A stretch of DNA of 56,883 bases, filler included, from Basidiobolus ranarum (lineage: Eukaryota): the NCBI GenBank assembly GCA_040143965.1. It is 6 parts of 6 records of this genome, joined end to end, with 100 filler letters (N's around TTAATTAATTAA, not from the genome) between each part and the next. Parts side by side here need not be neighbours in the genome. Positions count along the whole stretch, not along the records: positions 47,510 to 56,883 come from JASJQH010007709.1; 5 more parts are not named here. The stretch is one strand, 5' to 3'. This document shows, piece after piece, positions 51,179 through 56,883 of this stretch; the first letter of the stretch is position 1; each line of letters opens with the position of its first letter. Both the position numbers and the translations under genes were made by a program. The notes under the pieces are model-generated. The model ran no database searches. It was given only the letters and a program-made list of their open reading frames with translations, and was not told the DNA's origin.

Positions 51179-52194
51179 ATGTCTTCCCCCATGTCGCCAC
51201 ACCAAACACAACAAAATATGAATGCGGAACTAGATAGTTATAGTTACCAATATGCTCCGGAGTTACTTTCCAGTGTTAGTATATTCAGTTTTAAACGAAT
51301 CACTCTTCTCAAGCCTTAACACTCACGCAACTCGTTTATTTTCTCTCTTTCAGACCCCGGCTAAGTTCAGCTTTCACGACTTTCTCCACGGAAATCCTAG
51401 TGAGTTCGTTTCAGATTTTCAGTCTGAATATTACCCGCAATTCCAAACAATGCCTTCCCCTTGTGAAAGTAATTATAGCCAAGAAACCGACTATGCGTTA
51501 CTTGAGTTAACTCACGAACGTGAATCCAAACTAAAGCTCGAGGAAGAGTTATTTGAAAATTTCGCCAACTGTGCACCTTACATACATTTATTGAAGTCGG
51601 TACAAGGACATGGCCAACTTAGTGGAGTTTGTAATCCGGTGCATATGACTGGAGGAGAAGAAATTGGCTCACCGCTTTCGGAGCAATATGTAGCACTTAC
51701 TGAGACTCAAACGATGTCCCCTTTGCAATGTCATATGAATATTCCAACTGCTCCATCTTTTCATGGAGTAGACCAAAGCTTATTGATATCCTCTCAGACT
51801 ACCTCTGAGGCACCCAAGCGCTCGCGTGGCCGCAGAGCCTCCAACAAGCCAGACACCACATCCGGGGCCAAATCCTTCATTTGTGAATATGGTGACTGTG
51901 GAAAGGTGTTTAAACGATCGGAGCATTTAAAGCGACACATTCGATCCATCCATACACTGGAAAAACGTAAGTAGTTTGTTATGCCAATAGGCGCATTGAT
52001 AGGCCCGCGATTGATTGATTTTTATGCTAGCCTTCCAATGCCCTTATCCCACATGCTCAAAGCGGTTCTCAAGATCGGATAATTTGAATCAACATATTCG
52101 TATCCATCGACATTCCAAAGATAAGGGCTCCCCACGTGACTTTAATGGGTTTACACCGTTCATGCCATCACCGTATAACAGTGGGCATCTCTAA
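51179..52194 (+). CDS. C2H2 zinc-finger transcription factor, Msn2/Msn4/Seb1-like
   Basis: Exons 51179-51274, 51354-51966 and 52031-52194. [56 protein letters not shown]. Confidence 0.93.
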
Positions 52195-53130
52195 TCTAAG
52201 ATGCTCCTGCAAACCAACATTATTTGTATCACAAGAATCGAACCGAATCCGATCGCACGAAACTATTTCCACGGAATATTTATTCATATATAGCACGAAA
52301 GGAAACAGGGCCAATCACGTTTTCGTATTTTCTATTTGTCTGTTTCCTTCACTCCATCATAGCTCCAAAAGGGTTATTCCATGCTTACTGTTTCCCTTCT
52401 CCATTTCTCCATGCTTTAAACGAAAATTCAGGTAACAAAAACACCAAAAACACTTTTCCAACTCAAAACCAGTGCTCATAGATATGGTCACCGATAGTCG
52501 GCTGTCCTCCAAGAGCCCATTCTAATTCTCCCTGATATTGATTGTCTGGGTGAGACCGAATGGAGCGTGAATGAAGAGAACACGTCCACGTCCCAAGCTT
52601 GCTACACACTCTCTATTGTTTGATCTGCACTCTCTACAAACAGCAGCTCCTTTTGTGAACATTAAAGGAGTCCCTCGACTTCAAGCTCCCTCCAGGTTGC
52701 CAGTTCACCTTGGTTGGGATGAACCAGGCATCATTTGTTTATTGTTAGGATTGGCTCCCTAGGTGTGACGTTTGTGTTTTCATCGCTTACCTTGGCATCT
52801 ACACTCTGTCCTACTACATATCATCACCACTTATTCGCCTAGAACTTGCCGACTACCATCATCCCCAATATATTCTCTTAGTTCCTTTTGTAAATTCAGT
52901 AAATTGCCATTTGTAGTATTTAAATACTTTCTCCACGTACATGAATCTAAGCAAGAGAATAAAGATCAACAAAAAATACTCCATCTGCAGTAAATAATCA
53001 GATTTTTACCTATCCCATATATTTTATTGTATATAAAATGTTTGCTTCATCTGTGACCTTGACAGGTGATCTCTTCTCCCTACATGTATTTCCTATGGAC
53101 ACTATACAGTTTCGTTACTCCCGCAATTTC

Positions 53131-55773
53131 TCATAGCACGAACAGAAATCTTAGATCTTCTTCTGATAATCGCGATAGTGCTGCCATGTCTTTACCAATT
53201 GTACTGTCAAATAGCGCTTTCTTCTTCTCTTGGAGTTGAATAATACGTGATTCAATGGAGTTCTCAACAATTAATCGAGTAATACGGATAGGGCGATGCT
53301 GTCCCAATCGATGGATTCTGTCCATCGCCTGGTCTTCGACTGCTGGATTCCACCATGGGTCCATAATAAATACTTGACTAGCCTCGGTTAGATTTAAAGC
53401 GACGCCACCCGCTTTTAAACTGATCAGGAACACCGTAAGTTCTGGCTTCGTCATAAATGCTTTAATTACTGCATCACGTTGCATGGGTCCCATACGACCA
53501 TCGAGACGACAACAGGAAAATCCGGCACGATTCAATCTCCATTGTATTAAGTCAAGGAAATTGACGAACTGAGAAAATACAATGCTCTTGATGGTAGAGT
53601 CTTTCTTGCGTAAGTTTGTTAATTCCTCTACAAGTGCCTCGATCTTAGTAGAGGATCTCCATCTACTCATGTCAATACGGTTCACAATAGAACTGCGAAT
53701 AAAGAAATTCTGTTTATCATCGACGCCTGGGTTTTGGTCAACGTATGGGATTTCATATGTTGGTTGAGTAAGATCTATTGTTAGTCGTGCAAAGCAAATT
53801 GGGCATAACGGCGCTTCTTCTAAACTACTCTGAATATATTGATTTGCATCCTCCCGGCAAAATACGTGTTTGCATCTCGCTACAATAGGGTCTTCTGGCT
53901 CTTCATTACATATACCACAAACTAAAGCGTTTAGTTTGTTTTTACCTCGGGAAAGCAACAAGTCTGGATGATTTACAACTTGACGCATCTTCATTAACAG
54001 ATCGAAAATATTTGCATAGTTGTTCAGTACCGTTCCCTGTTGGACATACGTGCTAAATCTTCTTTTAGAATCAGTATACAGTGATTCATAAATGTCCTCC
54101 TCCTCTTCGTTAAAATAGTCAAATCTTATGGTGACATTCCTTGGTGGCAGCCCCAGATCGTCCGCCTTTTCAAGTTTGGTTCTACGTAGCATCATTCGGT
54201 CAAGCAGTTTACCGAGTTTTTGAAAGCCCAATTGACCCTCTCCTAAAGCACCAAAATTTTGGATGGGCTTTAAAATCTCTTGATTCCACCAGCATACATG
54301 ACTCATTGGGGTATGATGACAAATGTCGCAGTGTCTTCTGTCACTAAATTTCCACGATAAACTTTTACACGGACATTTCTGACAGTAGTAATAACTGTAT
54401 GGGTCTGCTCTTAGGAACCGAAGTAACGAATACAGCTCACCAACTCTATTCTGGAGGGGAGTACCGGAGAGTGACCATTTGCGGCTAGACTCAAGGGCAA
54501 ATACCGACCGGGCAGTATTGCACGCCCGATCTTTAATATTGTGTGCCTCATCTAAAACGATTCGATACCAACCAATCTTATGAAGTAGAGACTTCTCTTT
54601 AGTCAGCTCTCCTTTCCTCTTGAACCCGTATTCTTGTTTTCTAAAAGCGGATTCAATGATTGAATAAGTAGTAAGCACTACATCGTGCTTCTTAAGTTCC
54701 TCCATTTCCTCCGTTCGATTTTGTCCGTGGAAGATCAAAACTGATAACGAATCCGTATGGGTGGTTAACTCTGCATGCCACTGCATAAGCGCGACAGTTG
54801 GTGCGACAACAAGGTTTGGTTTTCCGCGAGGTTCACTCAGGAGAAGGGAGATCATCTGAATTGTCTTCCCCATGCCCATTTCGTCAGCCAAAATACCTCC
54901 ATGGAACTCTGTGTATTCCTGTCCACGCATCCAAGCAACACCCTCCTTCTGAAATGGTAGCAGGCTTAATTTTAAGTCGGGTGGTTGATCAATAGGGCTT
55001 CGGTCAATCTCCTCTTTTTTATCTAATTCTTCCCAGACAGTGGCCAATTCAGGATGAAGATTTTCGAGTCGCTGTTTCCTTGATTGTCTCCTCATTCGAG
55101 CTCTTGCTTCGGGTGTGATTGCCGTTCGGCCCCTTGATCTGCTTCTATTCCTTCGTGTTCTAAGAACAAACCCTTGGTTGTCATCACTAGTATCATCAAC
55201 ATTCTGAGCTTCATCGGCGCTGGCGTCAGAATTCTGATTAGAGAGGGATTCATCGAATTCACTTTCAGTCTCATTCTCTACTATTTCAGTGATTTTCTCT
55301 TGTACAGTACTCTCGACAATTTCCTTATTTTTCCCCTTTCTTTTAACAGTAGGTGTTAGCATAAAGTCAGAATCGTCACTATCATACGATACTATAGCCT
55401 TTACTTTGGACCGAGTTGAGCGAGTGCTCACAGAGCTGGATGAACTAGCCAACACTTCCCCGTTATCAGGAGTGTTATCTATTGGCTTGACTTCCTTAGT
55501 CTCTGGGCTTGCATTCTGTTGAGTATCGGGGAAACGTGGGCTTCGTCGTACCTTCTTGGAAGAATCAGGAGTCTCTAAAGAGGTAGAAGAAGCAGGTGGC
55601 GACGGCAAAGCGATAACCACTTCTTGCTGCTTACGTTTGCCTTTGGAGATACCGTTTGGTGAAGGGGTAACTGGTTGAGTGGTGCTACTGGTATCAGTAT
55701 CGTTTGTTTCAGTTGTGTCACTTATGACTACTTTGGCGAGTAACCTTGCTGAACGTCTTCGTTCTTGGCTCAT
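53131..55773 (-). CDS. RAD16: Rad16 SNF2-family ATPase with RING finger (global-genome NER)
   Basis: 880 aa. GGILADEMGMGKTIQ, DEAH, LSGTPLQNR, RING CGIC..CKH..C..CPIC, WRSSTKIEALVEEL, DPWWNP and DRIHRLGQ. Confidence 0.97.
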   Translation of the reverse strand: MSQERRRSARLLAKVVISDTTETNDTDTSSTTQPVTPSPNGISKGKRKQQEVVIALPSPPASSTSLETPDSSKKVRRSPRFPDTQQNASPETKEVKPIDNTPDNGEVLASSSSSVSTRSTRSKVKAIVSYDSDDSDFMLTPTVKRKGKNKEIVESTVQEKITEIVENETESEFDESLSNQNSDASADEAQNVDDTSDDNQGFVLRTRRNRSRSRGRTAITPEARARMRRQSRKQRLENLHPELATVWEELDKKEEIDRSPIDQPPDLKLSLLPFQKEGVAWMRGQEYTEFHGGILADEMGMGKTIQMISLLLSEPRGKPNLVVAPTVALMQWHAELTTHTDSLSVLIFHGQNRTEEMEELKKHDVVLTTYSIIESAFRKQEYGFKRKGELTKEKSLLHKIGWYRIVLDEAHNIKDRACNTARSVFALESSRKWSLSGTPLQNRVGELYSLLRFLRADPYSYYYCQKCPCKSLSWKFSDRRHCDICHHTPMSHVCWWNQEILKPIQNFGALGEGQLGFQKLGKLLDRMMLRRTKLEKADDLGLPPRNVTIRFDYFNEEEEDIYESLYTDSKRRFSTYVQQGTVLNNYANIFDLLMKMRQVVNHPDLLLSRGKNKLNALVCGICNEEPEDPIVARCKHVFCREDANQYIQSSLEEAPLCPICFARLTIDLTQPTYEIPYVDQNPGVDDKQNFFIRSSIVNRIDMSRWRSSTKIEALVEELTNLRKKDSTIKSIVFSQFVNFLDLIQWRLNRAGFSCCRLDGRMGPMQRDAVIKAFMTKPELTVFLISLKAGGVALNLTEASQVFIMDPWWNPAVEDQAMDRIHRLGQHRPIRITRLIVENSIESRIIQLQEKKKALFDSTIGKDMAALSRLSEEDLRFLFVL

Positions 55774-56589
55774 ATTGGTAGTAGAATATCGTTGGTAAAG
55801 AGAAAAACAATGGGAAGTTCTAATGACTTTCCTATCGCTCTATATGCGAAGACTTTCAGCTCTGAAATCGAAAGATAGTCCACTTAACCACAGCTCCTAC
55901 TTATGTTGAGTGCTTTCAATTCGATCAACCAATATCCATTGGAATATGCAAACTCCACTCATATCGTATTGAATTATTTTTCTTTACTTCTCCCTAGAAG
56001 CCAATCATGATAAACTCCAACTAGACCTGCCGCAGTTAAGCTATACTATCAGTTTTAAAATGATCAGGAGAGTGAAAGAGAATAGAATATTTAAGGAAAT
56101 CTCCGAAGATAATAATGGAGATTGCGGCGCTTATTCAAGATAGCTGGAGCTAAGCAACCTGATTTGCCAACCACGTTCATCAAGACCATTTTGGAAGCAT
56201 TCCTTCCACAGATCGAAATGATTTCTGAGCAATTCAGTATTTTTCAAGAACACCCACCGGAATTCATCATTGAACACTCGATCAATGAAGCACCATCTCC
56301 ATCGTCGATCTCGGAATCCCGCTAGCTTGAGAGTTGGATATTTATACTAGTGATCGATGATGTTGATTTACAGGGAAAAATGATATCGTTGCAGTTGCGG
56401 GTGCTGCTGCTGTTGCCATTTCACACATATCAGGGTGTTCTCTCGTCGTTTCATTCCTCAATGAGTTAGAAAGTAAAGAAGCATCTTTGGCTGGAATTAT
56501 TAGCCTGATGTGATTTTTACAGTGGTTTAATTTAAAATGAGAGTAATTAAACAATTCAATTTCATAAAATAAATGGAACGATCGCAAAA

Positions 56590-56883
56590 AATTGGAGATA
56601 AGCTCAGACACATGGCTAAAAAAACACTCTGTATCAAATGTTTAATGTTGCAATGGCCACACAGGATTGTTTGTTTTTTGAGTTGGGCAACTGCTGCTGG
56701 CTGATACCCTTTCTTTTATACCTGGGGGAGAGAGGTTCCTTCAATCTGCAAAAACATTCCAGTCAGGGTTAGGGTGTTGTGTCCAAGAGAAAAGTGGATA
56801 AAAAGTCTTGAACTTTACTGAACCAAAGAAACAGTTAAGTGCAGAATCTTAGAACTGTTTAAGCAGGATATATAAGCAGAGCA
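56590..56883 (-). mobile_element. Possible decayed Mutator-like transposase C-terminal relic
   Basis: Minus strand, across a stop and a frameshift: FFGSVKFKTFY..LSPP..KRKGYQP..KKQTILCGHCNIKH, similar to MULE 'LPP..R..GRP..C..C...H' tails. No CpG in about 300 bp. Confidence 0.25.

Overview
Eukaryotic, intron-rich DNA from what looks like an early-diverging fungus (inferred from a Zn2Cys6 factor, short GT-AG introns with CTAAC-type branch points, and genes resembling animal BORCS5 and PAAT). The window is not contiguous. It is six unrelated contigs (9413, 9412, 9405, 9395, 9384 and 9374 bp, in falling size order) joined by artificial 100-nt N44-TTAATTAATTAA-N44 linkers, so neighbourhood across linkers is meaningless. 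Recognisable genes: mitochondrial 2-Cys peroxiredoxin, a Cys-rich type I membrane protein, a PX-PB1-PB1 protein, a CreC/WDR20 3' end, SUB2, folylpolyglutamate synthase, two tandem pyruvate kinases, ubiquitin-L40, a BORCS5-like gene, a 1373-aa orphan, 5-formyl-THF cyclo-ligase, a Zn2Cys6 factor, a CorA transporter, a subtilisin, a thymidylate synthase 3' end, a TBC RabGAP, STN1, a PAAT/C10orf88-like gene, an aconitase 5' end, an Msn2/Seb1-like factor and RAD16. There is also a Copia RNase H/LTR relic. Best leads: (1) a highly nested candidate structured ncRNA at about 38.85-39.08 kb; (2) a possible U12-like terminal intron that would restore the thymidylate synthase C-terminus; (3) BORCS5-like and PAAT-like genes that the ORF track misses or fragments; (4) a gene-conversion mosaic between the pyruvate kinase copies. 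All family assignments come from remembered motifs; no searches were run.
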